From Octopus vulgaris (Eukaryota), in the NCBI GenBank assembly GCA_951406725.2, contig OX597824.1, positions 41,044,001-41,108,000 of the forward strand: a DNA stretch of 64,000 nt, written 5' to 3'. Position 1 is the first letter of the stretch. Each line of letters begins with the position of its first letter. The translations under genes and the position numbers were made by a program. This document shows, piece after piece, positions 1 through 12,297 of this stretch. The notes below the pieces were generated by a model, which searched no databases, was not told the DNA's origin, and was given only the letters and a program-made list of their open reading frames with translations.

Positions 1-185
1 AGGGAGATTCAGTGTGACACAGAATGTGACAAGGCTGGCCCTTTGAAATACAGGTACTACTTATTTTTGCCATCTGAGTGAAGTGAAATGAAGTGTCTTG
101 CTCAAAGACACAACACACTGAGGATTGAACTTGTGATCTAATAATCATGAGCCAGACACCCTAACCACTAAGCCATACATCTTTA
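1..185 (-). mobile_element. tRNA-head SINE family C, partial
   Basis: Minus strand reads GGCTTAGTGGTTAGGGTG (A-box-like), then TTGAGCAAGACACTT (CORE-like), then a body shared with copies at 11670, 17853, 40888 and 62673. Confidence 0.75.
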
Positions 186-204
186 CCCCACAATTAAAGG
201 GTTT

Positions 205-395
205 TGTCTTGCAAGCTACTTGGTGCCCTTACTGGTGTTGGTGATACAAAACAGCACCCAGTGCATCCTAGAAAATGATTGACGTTAAGAAGGGCATCCA
301 GCTGTACAAAGCATATCCTAACTGACAGTGGCACTTGACACTGTCCTCTGATATGTTGGATCCTATCAAATTGTCCAATCCATGCCAGTATGGAA
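205..395 (+). mobile_element. SINE family E, diverged
   Basis: Carries the AAGAAGGGCATCCAGCTGTA and CCATGCCAGTATGGAA motifs seen in the other E copies. Confidence 0.65.
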
Positions 396-398
396 TAT

Positions 399-765
399 TA
401 CTCTTTTACTTGTTTCAGTCATTTGAGTGTGGCCATGCTGGAGCACCACCTTTAGTTGAGCAAATCGACCCCAGGACTTATTCTTTGTAAGCCTAGTACT
501 TATTCTATCGGTATCTTTTGCTGAACCGCTAAGTTACGAGGACTTAAGCACACCAGCATCGGTTGTCAAGCGATGTTGGGGGGACAAACACACACACACA
601 TATGATGGGCTTCTTTCAGTTCTGTCTACCAAATCCACTCACAAGGCTTTGGTCGGCTCGAGACTATAGTAGAAGACACTTGCCCAAGATGCCACGCAGT
701 GGGACTGAACCCGGAACCATGTGGCTCGTAAGCAAGCTACTTATCACACAGCCACTCCCACATCT
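399..765 (-). mobile_element. SINE family A, full length
   Basis: tRNA-like head (GGCTGTGTG...GGTTCAGTCCC), CORE-like TTGGGCAAGTGTCTT, internal (CA)n and tail ACTGAAACAAGTAAAAGAG; more than 12 copies in the window. Confidence 0.85.
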
Positions 766-1482
766 GTAGATATAAAATATGGATGCTAATGATGAGGAAC
801 TTTTATTTTCATTTAAGCTGGTGTTTAGAACATAAATCAACCTGAAAGTTTGATGAATGGTTTTAATTTAGATCACTTTAAAATGGGAAGATTGTAGCAG
901 AGAACCAAAGCTGGGCTTGGGCAAATTACTAGCAAAAGGGTTAAAGTTTAAAATTTGGGTAAACTTGTAGATGGCCCATGTTTGTGTTCAAGAAGATTAT
1001 GAATAACGTGGATTTTGCTTTCGAGGCATTCATTACTACAGATTTTCTAAGACTTAAATAATATTTTAAATATCTGTAGCCCACCCAAATACCCCTTGTA
1101 TGCTATTTCTATCAGGTCACATGACCACATTGATGTTTCCTCATTGGCTCATAACTGATCCTATTGTAAAAAAACAAACAAACATTGGACAATGTAGTTT
1201 TTAGATATGGAGAAAAATCAGGTTGGTTTAGGAAGGAATGCTTTTCATTATAAGTCTGTACTACTTGAGCTGATATAGAGCTAAAATACAAAATGAATTT
1301 TGCCACATTTGTGTGTGTGAGTGTGTTAGTGTGGGTGTTAGTGTATATGTGTCACTGTATGTGAGGTTTTGTGAAAATGGGAGAAAATATATGATGGAAT
1401 TTTTGAATAAAATTTCTTATTAATAATTCAAATCTATTTTGTTTTGAGTTTTTCTTTAATTCTTCTTTGATGCACTTTATTG

Positions 1483-1682
1483 TCTGTGTTGTATTGGTGG
1501 TAGTGTTTTAGTGGTCTGTGTTGTGTGTAGCGTTTTTATGTTTTGTGTTGGTGGCAGTGTTTCAGTGGTCTGTGCTGGTGGTAGCATTTTAATGGTCTGT
1601 GTCGTGTTAATAGCAGTGTTTCAGTGGTCCATGTTGTGTTGAGGTAGTGATTTAGTGGTTTGTGTTGTATTGGTGGTAGTTC
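1483..1682. repeat. Degenerate ~30-33 bp tandem repeat
   Basis: GTGTTGT..GGTAGTGTTT.AGTGGTCT recurs about 6 times. Confidence 0.7.
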
Positions 1683-2053
1683 ATAAATACCTTGTATAGA
1701 TATTGGGTTGGGTGAGTGGGTGGGAGGCAAAATGTATTTTAGTATTATGTATGTAGATGTAAGCATGACCAAGTGTTTACAGTTCACTTTGTAATCATGA
1801 GATTTTTGTTTCAATCCTCCTGCATAGCTATTGACAAATGTATTGTTTTTTTATACCATAACCTTGTGAGTGAAACTGGGTAGGTAGAAACTATGGGGAA
1901 TCACACTGATTCTACATGCAAATTATGTTAAGAGTACATATGTTTATGGAATACTCAGCCACTTACATGCTAAAATAATGAGTAAGTAGTTCATTTGACT
2001 TGATAATTGGAAGCTTATGTAACTCTTGATGTAACCCATCATTGTTCATGTTA

Positions 2054-2948
2054 TGAGGGGGGTACCCAAAAGAAACTGGAATTTTGCAATATTATTTTAT
2101 TCATTTAGTTTTACATGTTTACACTTTTGTCACCTTCAAAGTATTCTCCATTTGAAGCAATGCATCGGTTCAGACATATTTTCCACTGTTTGAAGCAGTC
2201 CTGGAACTCTTGCGAAATGATGACCTTTAACGCCTCCATTGTCTTTTTCTTCACCTCTTCCACATGTGCAAATTCCATAGCACCAGCTTTTGTCATCAGT
2301 GGATAACTTTCAAAAAAACGGTCCAGATCAACTTCCAACTGCTCTTTCAGTTCATGACATGCATTCAGTCGTGACTGCTTTTGATCGTCTCTGAGCAAGT
2401 GAGGCATAAATTTTGTTGCAGCTCTTTCCATTTGCAATTGCTTGTTCAAAATTCGTTTGCAGGAGTTCCAGGATACACCAGTTATATCAACTTTGCCAAT
2501 GGTTCAGTGACGGTCCTCCAAGATCAGTTCATGAATTTTCATGATGTTCGGGAGGTCGACAGTTGTTCTGAACGAGGTCGGTCCTCAAGTGACGAGTGAC
2601 CATTCCTAAAGTGTGAAAACAGTTTGTTACTTGTGTTTTGCTCATGGCAGCAGCCTCTAAGCTGTTTGAAGTATGAGAACTGTTTCGGCTGCTGTTTTCC
2701 CCAACAGAAAGCAGAATTTCATGGAAGCATGCTGTTCCTTTGTTTCAGCCACTGCAAATAATCGATGAGCAAGGGCAAGGTACTGCGAAACAAAGATGCA
2801 TCACATAGCAGTACGACATCAACTGATGGTACCGGTCAGCAGACTGACTCCTGACGGTTGCATCAAATGGCTTCTTGTGGTGGAAGCCTAAACTACAATG
2901 GGTTTGTCCCACAGAGAATGTTTCTGATTATTTGGGGGTACCCCTGTT
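2054..2948 (-). mobile_element. Internally deleted mariner (Tc1/mariner) transposon relic
   Basis: Imperfect TIRs (TA|TGAGGGGGGTACCCAAAAGAAACTGGAA and TTCTGATTATTTGGGGGTACCCC). Minus-strand peptides EQHASMKFCFLLGKTAAETV, SLEDRPRS, KFMPHLL (WVPHEL-type) and CFKQWKICLNRCIASNGEYFEGD. The catalytic core is deleted; stops and frameshifts are present. Confidence 0.9.
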
Positions 2949-2953
2949 TAAAT

Positions 2954-3204
2954 CAGTGTTCCTCAACCATTTTCTGCCCATGAACCCCTTTGATTCCTAT
3001 TTTGCTCGGGTGGACCTCATAACCATTTGATATTTAAAATATATTAAATTGTTATAATTAAATATTATTAGGAATTATATAAAATGAATTGCTAAAATAT
3101 TTTGTGTATTGGAGAAGTATAACTAATTTGTTGCAAATAAATTTTAACCACAAAATCTTATATGGACATTCAAGGGCCATATTGACCTTGGTTGAGAACT
3201 GCTG
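2954..3204. mobile_element. hAT (Charlie-like) MITE
   Basis: TIRs CAGTGTTCCTCAACC and GGTTGAGAACTGCTG; body similar to 49587-49819. Confidence 0.7.
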
Positions 3205-3289
3205 TATTATATTATTATTATTTTTTTGTGGTTGGGTATTTTTGTTTGCTGTGATACTTGTTTTAGTAGTATAACAATAGTAAAGTAAA

Positions 3290-3522
3290 GTTCTTTCCTG
3301 AGTCATATAGATTCATAGGGCTGGTTTCTGTGGCGTTTATATTTCTCACCTGGGAAGGGATGCCAGACCATCGCAGCATTACTAATTTTTGGCTGCTGAG
3401 TGGACTGGAGCAACATGAAGTGAAGTGCTTTGCTCAAAAACACATGCCACCTGGCCCAGGAATTGAAACCACAATCTCATGATCATGAGTCCAAAACCAT
3501 AACCACTAAGCCATGTGCCTCC
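3290..3522 (-). mobile_element. tRNA/CORE-head SINE with a different tail
   Basis: Same head as families C and D (GGCACATGGCTTAGTGGTT...TTGAGCAAAGCACTT), but a distinct 3' part. Confidence 0.6.
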
Positions 3523-4216
3523 TGTGTAATTATGATTATGTTTAATTTTTTTATTGATGACATTGTTACTCCCTTTACTGATAGGATTAGTGTTGTTGTT
3601 GATGTTTGGCTGATGGATTGACTCTTAATTTCCTGTACAACACAATACTGCACAAGACTACATTAGTCAGTCAGTGCTGAAATGCAAAATATCATAAAAA
3701 TTCTACTAACCTTATTTACATTTTGAAAGAAATAATGCAAAGGAGAAAGTTCTAGACTCATCTATCATTCATTTCCATTCTATAATGGGATCATTACAAG
3801 ACTGGGCTTTTGACTTGGAAAATTTTCAACAAGATGTTAGCAGTCAACTTGTTCTATGATATACACTAAAAAAATAAAAAAATAATTATGTAGTTTATCA
3901 TTTTAGTTGTCATTTAAATTAAGGATGAGTTCATTCCTATAGCTGCTTCCTTGTGCTCATGTCAAAGGAAGTTATGATCATATAGCTGTTATTTTCCTAT
4001 CAGTGGAATTAAAGAGTCAAACTACACTTCTACTATACTCTAACTCGACAGTCATTTGGATTGACTACATTGACTTTACCTCAGTGTATAGCATACAGTC
4101 TGTGCCTTATACTGTGGTGCAGGAATGAGATAGAGGACTGTTTGGGTGATGTGTTATTTGGATATCTCAGAGATACCCGTAACACTACCTTCTCAGTCTG
4201 TGATGTTCACCTACAC

Positions 4217-4546
4217 CAGTGGTTCTCAACCAGGGTCCTGAGTCTATGTAAGATTTTTGGGGGTCCATGCAACAAAGTAATAAATTGGGGGATCTAGAAT
4301 AGTATTTTAAGGGCCCCTGAAAAAATTTTGCTTTTGATGTATTTATTGGTATGTATTGCAAGAAACAGCTAGGTTTCTTTGTGTCCATTGTTCAACCTAC
4401 ACAAGATAATGTGTGGAAAACAAAATAGGAATTTTGAAAGAAGTTTCTATAGAACTAGTTTTTAAACATTGAATGGCTTGTGTGTGTGGGGGCACCAGAA
4501 TAAAATAGTAATCAAAGGGGTCTATAGATAAAAAGTGGTTAACCTG
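4217..4546. mobile_element. hAT (Charlie-like) MITE
   Basis: Starts CAGTGGTTCTCAACC; colinear with 49928-50267; right TIR degraded. Confidence 0.75.
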
Positions 4547-5427
4547 CATTATGCTTCATTTATGGTTCATCTCATTCCAACAGATATGAGAGAGCATCTT
4601 GTCTTCAATGTAAGAACTCTTTCCTCACATAGAATAAATGTATGCTTCAGTTTCTTCTTTCTCTTCCCAAGCAAACCATTCTTTCTGTTTCCATTCTTTC
4701 TCTTTTTAGAATTCATATTCTGATCTTTATTTTGATGTATGTTTATGAGTGTCTATAAGTCTGTATATCTCTGTGTGTACTCCTCCATAATTGTGTTTGT
4801 ATGTGTGCATGTTTGCGTCTAGGTATGCAAATTTGAGGATGTGGTCTTCTCTACTTCTATATGTGTTAGAGTGTATAGTTGTATATATAATCTTATATAC
4901 TACAATCGGATAAATATGTCCTTCAGTGATAATCAAGAGTTACATATGTTGTTTATCATCAAAACAATACCAATACGAAATACATGGTCCTGGACAGAGT
5001 TGATAGAGCGGCATCTACTGTTGGTGCAATATGTATCTTGGGGACACTATTGTGTATATGTTCACAACTTTGAATATATATACAATTTAGATAAGTTAAG
5101 CTCTGTATCTATACATGTAAGCGTATATAATCTTAATTACAAATACTGGTTAAATGTTTTATTTATTGAAATGAAGCTGTTGCTTAGCTGTTATTTTTCT
5201 CAAGCAACAAGTAATGGCTTTCCTTAGAGTTTCGGTAGCCTGGCTCAAGCTTTCAGAATTACAGAGATGTAGTGGATCTGAGATCATGTGCTGAAACAAA
5301 AACAATTGCAGCATGGAAGGTGTTTATAAGTCATTTAAAAACACACAAAAACCGTTAGATTCACTTCATTTAAATTTGAAAAAATTGAGGTGCAGCACAG
5401 AATTTTATTTATTTAAAATGAAAAATA

Positions 5428-5812
5428 GGTGCTGATGTGGCTGTGTGGTAAGAAGCTTGCTTTCTAATCACATGGTTCTGGGTTCAGTCTCACTGTATAG
5501 CACATTAGACAAGTGTCTTCTACTATAGCTCCAGACCAACCAAAGTCTTGTGGGTGGATTTGGTAGATGGAAATGGGGAAAAAAACCCTGTTGTGTATAT
5601 AAATGTGTGTGTGTGTGTGTGTGTGTGTGACTTGCCACTGCTTAACAGCTGGTATGGGTTAGTTTATGTTCCGGTTCCTTAGTGGTTCTGCAAAAGAGAC
5701 TGCAAGAATAAGTACCAGGCTTAAGTACCGAGTTTGATTTGTTTGACTAAAACCCTTCAAGGTGGTACCCCAGCATGGCCACAGTCCAATGACTGAAACA
5801 AGTAAAAGAATA
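5428..5812 (+). mobile_element. SINE family A
   Basis: Head, CORE-like block, (TG)n and tail are all present. Confidence 0.85.
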
Positions 5813-5957
5813 AAAAAGAACATGCTAGAGGTGTTGTTATCTCCAAGTAGTTATTTCTAGGTGTGAGTGTACTTTCTCTCCTACCCCTCTACTTACAGCT
5901 CCCCTCTTACTCTTGTTTCTCTCCTATTGAACTTCTCACTTCTTATTTTTCCTTTGA

Positions 5958-6017
5958 TTAAGGAATTGGCCATGTCTACACCACTCTTTAAGGAAATGGC
6001 CATGTCTACACCACTCT
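5958..6017. repeat. 30-bp tandem duplication
   Basis: TTAAGGAA(T/A)TGGCCATGTCTACACCACTCT occurs twice with one mismatch. Confidence 0.9.
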
Positions 6018-6388
6018 CAATGTTTTTAACATAATTACCATCCACTCCATTCATTTCACGCCCCAACTTCTAACACCCTCTCATCACCCTGCTCCTCTCT
6101 CTCTGCCCCACCTTCCTCTAAATACATTCCTCATTTTCTTCTCTCTACAGCCAGGACATCAACATCACTTTCTCTCTCTCCCCCAATCTCAGATCAAAGA
6201 CAAGAGCCGAAATCATAAGATTCTCCATTCCTCACAGCAGCTGAACTTAGCCAGCTATCCTCTGAACTCTCCCATAGCAGTGTTAATGGTTAATACTGTA
6301 TTGGTGATAATAGTAACTGTAGTAGTATTAATGTTATTGTTTTGTTGGAGGTAGTAGTAGTAGTATCACTGATGTAAAGGTAGTGATA

Positions 6389-6617
6389 TTGACTCTTTTA
6401 GCATTCAAATTACTCTGTCAAAAATAGTTCCTATTTTTTCACATTATTTTGAAATAATCATGCATTATCTTGTAGCTTTGAGATTTCAATGATGTGACTG
6501 TTTATTTTTAAGATGACACTATAGGGTAGTCGTGAGAGGCCTGATCTAGCCAGTTTGTGCATAAAACAGTTAGAATATCTGGGTCTAATACAGTTGGTTT
6601 AAATGCTAAAGGGTTAA
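6389..6617 (+). mobile_element. piggyBac-like MITE, ~225 bp
   Basis: Family TIR (CC)CTTTAGCATT / AATGCTAAAGGG with TTAA flank; further copies at 6941, 15055, 18367, 19189, 33104 and 44515. Confidence 0.75.
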
Positions 6618-6830
6618 TGTTGCTGTTGTGTTGATGCTGTAGTGTTTGTTATTAATGTTGCTATTGTATTGGCAGTAGTAATGGTGTCAGTGTTGCTGTT
6701 GTGTTGGAGGTAGTAGTGGTATCAATATTGTGTTGTGTAGGTGTTGGCAGTAATAGTGTCAATGTTGATATTGTATAGCAATTAGTACTGGTGTCATTAT
6801 CTTATCTTACTTAATCTGGTACATAGTTTG

Positions 6831-7210
6831 GTTTTTAACCTTTAGCACACTGTAGGTGCTTCATGTCACTGTATGAGTTTTCTCCTTTGTACTAACAGGG
6901 CAGTGGCAACAATTCTAGAGAAAATGCAGTGTGCTAAAGGTTAAACCTTTAGCATTGAGATTACTCCGTCATATGTAATGCTTATTTATTCATATTATTT
7001 TCAGTTAATCATGGTTTTGATGTGATTGTTTATTTTTAGAATGGCATTGTAGGTTAGGTGTTAAAGGCTGGATCTGGTCGGTCAGATGTGGCTGGTCTAA
7101 ATATTAGATTTAAACCGCCTCTAGTTTAATAAAATATCTTTCCATCTCAACTATTGAGAAAACTCATTACAGTGACATGATGCACCTACTGTGTGCTAAA
7201 GTTTAAAAAC
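6831..7210. mobile_element. Stack of TTAA-ended MITEs with ~54-bp outer inverted repeats
   Basis: 6831-6884 is the reverse complement of 7156-7210. An internal end (GTGTGCTAAAGGTTAA, to 6944) is followed by a copy of the 225-bp MITE. Confidence 0.75.
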
Positions 7211-7392
7211 AAACATTAGTATTTTTCTGCTATTTGTTACTGTCTTTACATTATATATTCGACAATAGTAAAGTGGTTTTTAGTAAAGAACACATTCATT
7301 TCTTTGGGGATATGTCTAAAATAATTAACAAGAAAATTTCAGTACTAAATTATTTAAGAAACAAATAAGAAATGGAAATATGTACTTCATTA

Positions 7393-7599
7393 ATTGCTTC
7401 TAATTTAGGTACAAGGCCAGCATTTATGAGGGAAGGGGTCTAGTTGATGCTATCAGTCCTAGTACTTGAGGGTTATGCTATTTTATTGACACTGGAGGGA
7501 TGAAATGTAAAGTTGATCTGGGTGGGATCTGAAATCAGAACAAAAGCAACAGAAACTAAATACCACTAAATATTTTCTACTAATGATTCGACTATTCTC

Positions 7600-7634
<35 letters not shown>

Positions 7635-8980
7635 TCTTTCTGCTGGAAGCTCAAGGCCTCAGATTTGTGGGGTGGGGACTAGTTGATTACATCAACCCCT
7701 AGTGTTTCACTGGTTCTTAATTTATTGATCCTGAAAGGATGAAAGGCAAAGTTGACCTCGGTGGAGTTTGAACTCAGAACGTAGCGATGGGTGAAATACC
7801 ACTGAGCATTTTGTTCAGCGCGCTAACGATTCTGCCAGCTCACCGCCTTAATAATAATAATAATGGTTCCAAATTTTTGCACAAATCCAGCCATTTCAAG
7901 TGAGTGGGTAAGTTGATTTACATAAATTCCAGTACTCAATGGGTAGTCATCATATTGACCCCGAAAGGATGAAAGGCAAAGTCAACCTCAGTGAAATTTG
8001 AACATAGAACATAAAGACGGGGGAAATGCTGCTAAGCCCAGTATGGTAACAATTCTGCTAGCTCACTACCTTAATAATAATAATAATGGTTTCAAATTTT
8101 AGCACAAGACCAGCAAGTTCAGGGGAGGAGGTAAGCAGATTACATCAACCCCAGTGCACAACTGGTACTTATTTTATTGATTGCAGAAGGATGAAAGGCA
8201 ATCAGTGGAATTTGAACTCTGAATGTAAAGAGGGGCAAAAAAAATTCTGCTAAGCATTTTTGCCTAGCGTGCTAACAATTCTACCAGCTTGCCAATTTAA
8301 TAATAATAATTAATAATCTATTCTGCTTTAGGCACAAGGCCTAAAATTTTGGGGGCGGAGACTAACCAATTACATCGACCCCAGTATTTCACTGATAGTT
8401 AATATATGGACCCTGAAAGGATGAAAGGCAAAGTCAATCTCAGTGGAATTTGAAATGTAGCAACAGACGAAATACTGCTTAGCAATTCACCCTGGCATGC
8501 TAAAGATTCTGCCATCTTGCTGCCTTTAATAATGAAGATAATAATAATGACTTCAAATTTTGGCACAAGGCCAGCAATTTCGATGGAAGGGGTAAGTTGA
8601 TTCATAGACCCCGAAAGGATGGAAGGCAAAGTCGACCTTGGAGTTTGAACTCAACACTCAAAGCCAGATGAAACATCACTAAGCATTTCATCCTGGCATG
8701 GAAACGATTCTGCCAGCTTGCTGGTTTAATAATAATAGTAATAATGATAATACTCCTTTCTACTATAGGCACAAGGTCTGAAATTTGGGGGAGGGGACTA
8801 ATCGATGACACTGACCTCAGTATTTTACTGGTATTCAATTTATTGACGCTGAAAGGATGAAAGATAAAGTTGATCTTGGCGGAATTTGAAGTCAGAACGT
8901 AGCGGCAGATGAAATACTGCTAAGCATTTTGCCTGGCATGCTAACGATTCTGCCAGCTCTCCGCCTTAATAATAATAATA
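7393..8980 (-). mobile_element. Head-to-tail array of seven SINE family B copies, most separated by (TAA)n
   Basis: Each ~180-230 bp unit has a tRNA-like head (GAGCTGGCAGAATCGTTAGC...GAGTTCAAATTCC) and a central GACTTTGCCTTTCATCCTTTCGGGGTCGATAAA domain. From memory this domain resembles the MetaSINE domain. Confidence 0.85.
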
Positions 8981-9434
8981 GTGATATTAATAACTAGCAA
9001 GACTATAGAAACTCCACATTGTAAGTCAGCATATTTGAAAACATTATTACTGTTTGGGTTTCAAAATCCAAGGAAATCTGGGAGTTGGTGATGATTTGTA
9101 TTAGTAAATGTTAAACCTTGCAATCTCTGATTTGTTATGGGTGTGAAAAAAATCCAACATTTTGGACACTTTTACTTCTTCAGAGAGAAAGAATATAGAA
9201 GCTTTCTGCATTTGTGGATTTAGCTCCTATATTCTTTCTCTCCAAAGATAGACAAATATCTGAACCCTTGTATTTTTGATTCTTGATGGCAAATCATCTC
9301 AAAATAATTGTTTTATTTTCTACAGATGTTTTATTACTGGGTGGTGATGGGTTTCCTAATGTTTAGGAGTTGGTGCACACAAAACAGACTTTGTTATTTA
9401 AATTTTTTTCCTGTGACAAAAATTGGATCTTTAT

Positions 9435-9833
9435 ACATGGCTGTGTGGTAAGAAGCTTTCTTCCCTACCACATCGTTCCAGGTTCAGTCCCAGTGTATGG
9501 TACCTTGGGAAAGTGTTTTTTTACTATATCCTCAGGTTAACTGAGACCTTATGAGTGGATTTGGTAGATGGAAACTGAAAGAAGTCCGTTATATTTGTAT
9601 ATATCTATGTATGTGTATGTTTGTATCCATGTTTGTCACCCCATAACCACTTGAAAACTGGTGTTGGTGTGTTTGTGTCCTTGTAACTTAGCGGTTCGGC
9701 AAAAGAAATAGATAGAATAAGTATTAGGGTTTTAAAAAAAGTCCTGGGTTTGATTTGTTCAACTAAAACCGTTTCAAGGTGGTGCTCCAGCATGGCCACA
9801 ATCTAATGACTGAAACAAGTAAAAGAATAAAAG
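9435..9833 (+). mobile_element. SINE family A
   Basis: Colinear with the other A copies. Confidence 0.85.
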
Positions 9834-10301
9834 AATTGGTTTTGATAAGCTTTGTTTGATCAACTAAAATGCCTATTTCTTGCATTAGCATGTAAGTGGC
9901 TGAGTATTCCACACACATATACCTGAAGCAGAATCAACATGGCTCAAATGTGACAAAACTGACAGCATCCACACAATTTCTGTCAACTCAATTTCACTTG
10001 CAAGGCTTGGGTTGAACCGAGGTAAATGTAAAAGACACGTACATAGGGGGCTGTGCAGTGTGATTGAACCTGGGACCTCATGGCAAAAGTATGTATTCAC
10101 TGACTGTATAATCGAGTACCAGATTTCAAAAATATAATCACCGGCTTTGATTTGTTCAACTAAAAACTTTCAAGGTGCTGCTCCAGCATGGCTGCAGTCT
10201 AATGATTGAAACACAAAAGAGCAAGAAAAAAGATGTGTATATATATCTATGTCTGTCTGTCTGTCTCTCTCTCTCTATATAAACACACGCACACACACAC
10301 A

Positions 10302-10850
10302 TCTATATACATAAATGTGTAATGGTGTCTGTCTCTCTGTGTGTTTGGTGTTACTCTAATTCTTCCCACACCGGCCAACCAATTTTAATAATTTTTGGCA
10401 CATTGGTGCCCTGAAGTTCAAATAAGGCTGGAATTTTTTGAAAACTTGATAATGCTCAGTTGGCATTGATTTTTGTGAGCTCAATCGGGTGTTTGAATGG
10501 AAATTCCCATAACAATGTTATTTTTCCTACAGCTTTTTGATGAAAATCAATGAATGAGTAAGGCTTATGGCAGTGAGTTGATGTCAGTGTGGTGGCATTA
10601 AGGGGAGAGAAATAAACAGACATCACTCTCAACGAGTCAAGGTAAACCCAAAAGTTTGACTGCAATTTCAGAAGGTCCAGTATGTAGGAGTTTGTCAAAA
10701 TGCATTAACTGAGTAAAATCCCTGCTGAACCAGATATAACATCTTAATGGGTATAGGTGGCATGGGGAACGTAGAAGATTCCAATACAAGGTCAGAGGTG
10801 GGCTTAACTTCAACACGGAAAACACGATCAATGCCGGGTCCAACAGCTAG
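10302..10850 (+). mobile_element. Non-autonomous Helitron
   Basis: 5' end A|TCTATATAC and 3' end CAGCTAG|T (inserted between A and T, no TSD); degenerate subterminal hairpin CACGATCAATGCCGGG. Confidence 0.7.
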
Positions 10851-11669
10851 TATGTATATATAAAATAAAATTTCGTTTTTGTATGTGTGAGCTGTCTGAC
10901 ATTATTGGCATAAGGACCCTCCTAAGAAAATGAGATATATTAAAAAAACATTTTATATAGAAAAATTGTTATTGTCTTGATGAATGTTAGTGTAAAACAT
11001 GATGGCACTAGTAAATTGTGAATACATATTCAAAATCTGGTTATGTTGGTGTTTTTAATGATGTATGTGTGTATGCAATGTGAAATGAAGTGCCTTACCC
11101 AAAGATGCACCGTGCAAGCTGGTCCAAGAATTGAACCTACAACCTAGGCTGGCCAAGTGCCTTCATTTATTAATAGACAATAACATTACTACTACGGTAT
11201 TAAAACCCACTATCACCTTCACCATTCACCATGTAAACCACAGCTGCTACAACAATGTGGATCATGGGTAAATTGATAATTAAGATAACTGTTTATAGAA
11301 AGTTTCTATGTAAAGTTTGGTACATTCTACCTTTGGTAAGTTTTTTTTTTATTTGTACATTTGAATGTTTTCATGTTGACTTGTATGTATGTGCATATAT
11401 TTGTCAATATATCTACCTGTCTGTCTTTCTGTCTAACAGCATGTATGTGGGTGAATAGCTATATGGTTAAGATGTTTTCTATACAAGGACGGTGTTCCCG
11501 GTTCAGTTTGACTGAGCAAAGCATTGGAGAAGTGTAGTGTCATTTAACTAGAGATCAAAGTCTTGTGAGTTATGTACACTCTTTACATTAATCGAGCTGG
11601 TGACCTCATCTTGATCAAAATGAGGACACCAGTCTGACTCATTGTAAACAGTGTACATAATATAAAAGT

Positions 11670-11975
11670 GAAGGCACATGACTTAGCAGTTAGGGTATTC
11701 AGCTCGTGAACATAAGGTTGTGAGTTCAATTCCCGGTGGCACTTTATGTCCTTGAGCAAAACACTTTATTTCATGTTGTACCAGTTCACTCAGCTGATTC
11801 TCATCTGTATTCAAAGGGCCAGCCATGTCACATTCTGTGTCATGTGGAATTTCCCTAAGAACTACGTTAAGGGTACACGTCTGTAAAGAGCTCAGCCACT
11901 TGCACGTTAATTTCACGAACAGGCTATTCCATTGATTGGATCAACTGGAACCCTCATCACCAACAGAGTGCCAGT
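11670..11975 (+). mobile_element. SINE family C
   Basis: Head GAAGGCACATGACTTAG...GAGTTCAATTCCC, CCTTGAGCAAAACACTT block, tail ending GAGTGCCAG. Confidence 0.8.
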
Positions 11976-12297
11976 ACTCTTTTATTTGTTTCAGTCATTT
12001 GACTGCGGCCATGCTGGAGCACCACCTTTAGTCGAGCAAATCGACCCCAGTACTTATTCTTTGTAAGCCTAGTACTTAGTCTACCGGTCTCTTTTTTTGC
12101 TGAGCTGCTAAGTTACAGGGATGTAAACACACCAGCATTGGTTGTCAAGCGATGTTGGGGGGACAAACACAGACACACAAACATACACACACACAGACAT
12201 ATATACATTTATATATACGACGGGCTTCTTTCAGTTTCCGTCTACCAAATCCATGTAGGTAAGCAAGCTACTTACCACACAGCCACTTCTGCGCCTA
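11976..12297 (-). mobile_element. SINE family A with internal deletion
   Basis: Tail and middle intact; the CORE-like segment is missing near 12253. Confidence 0.85.
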
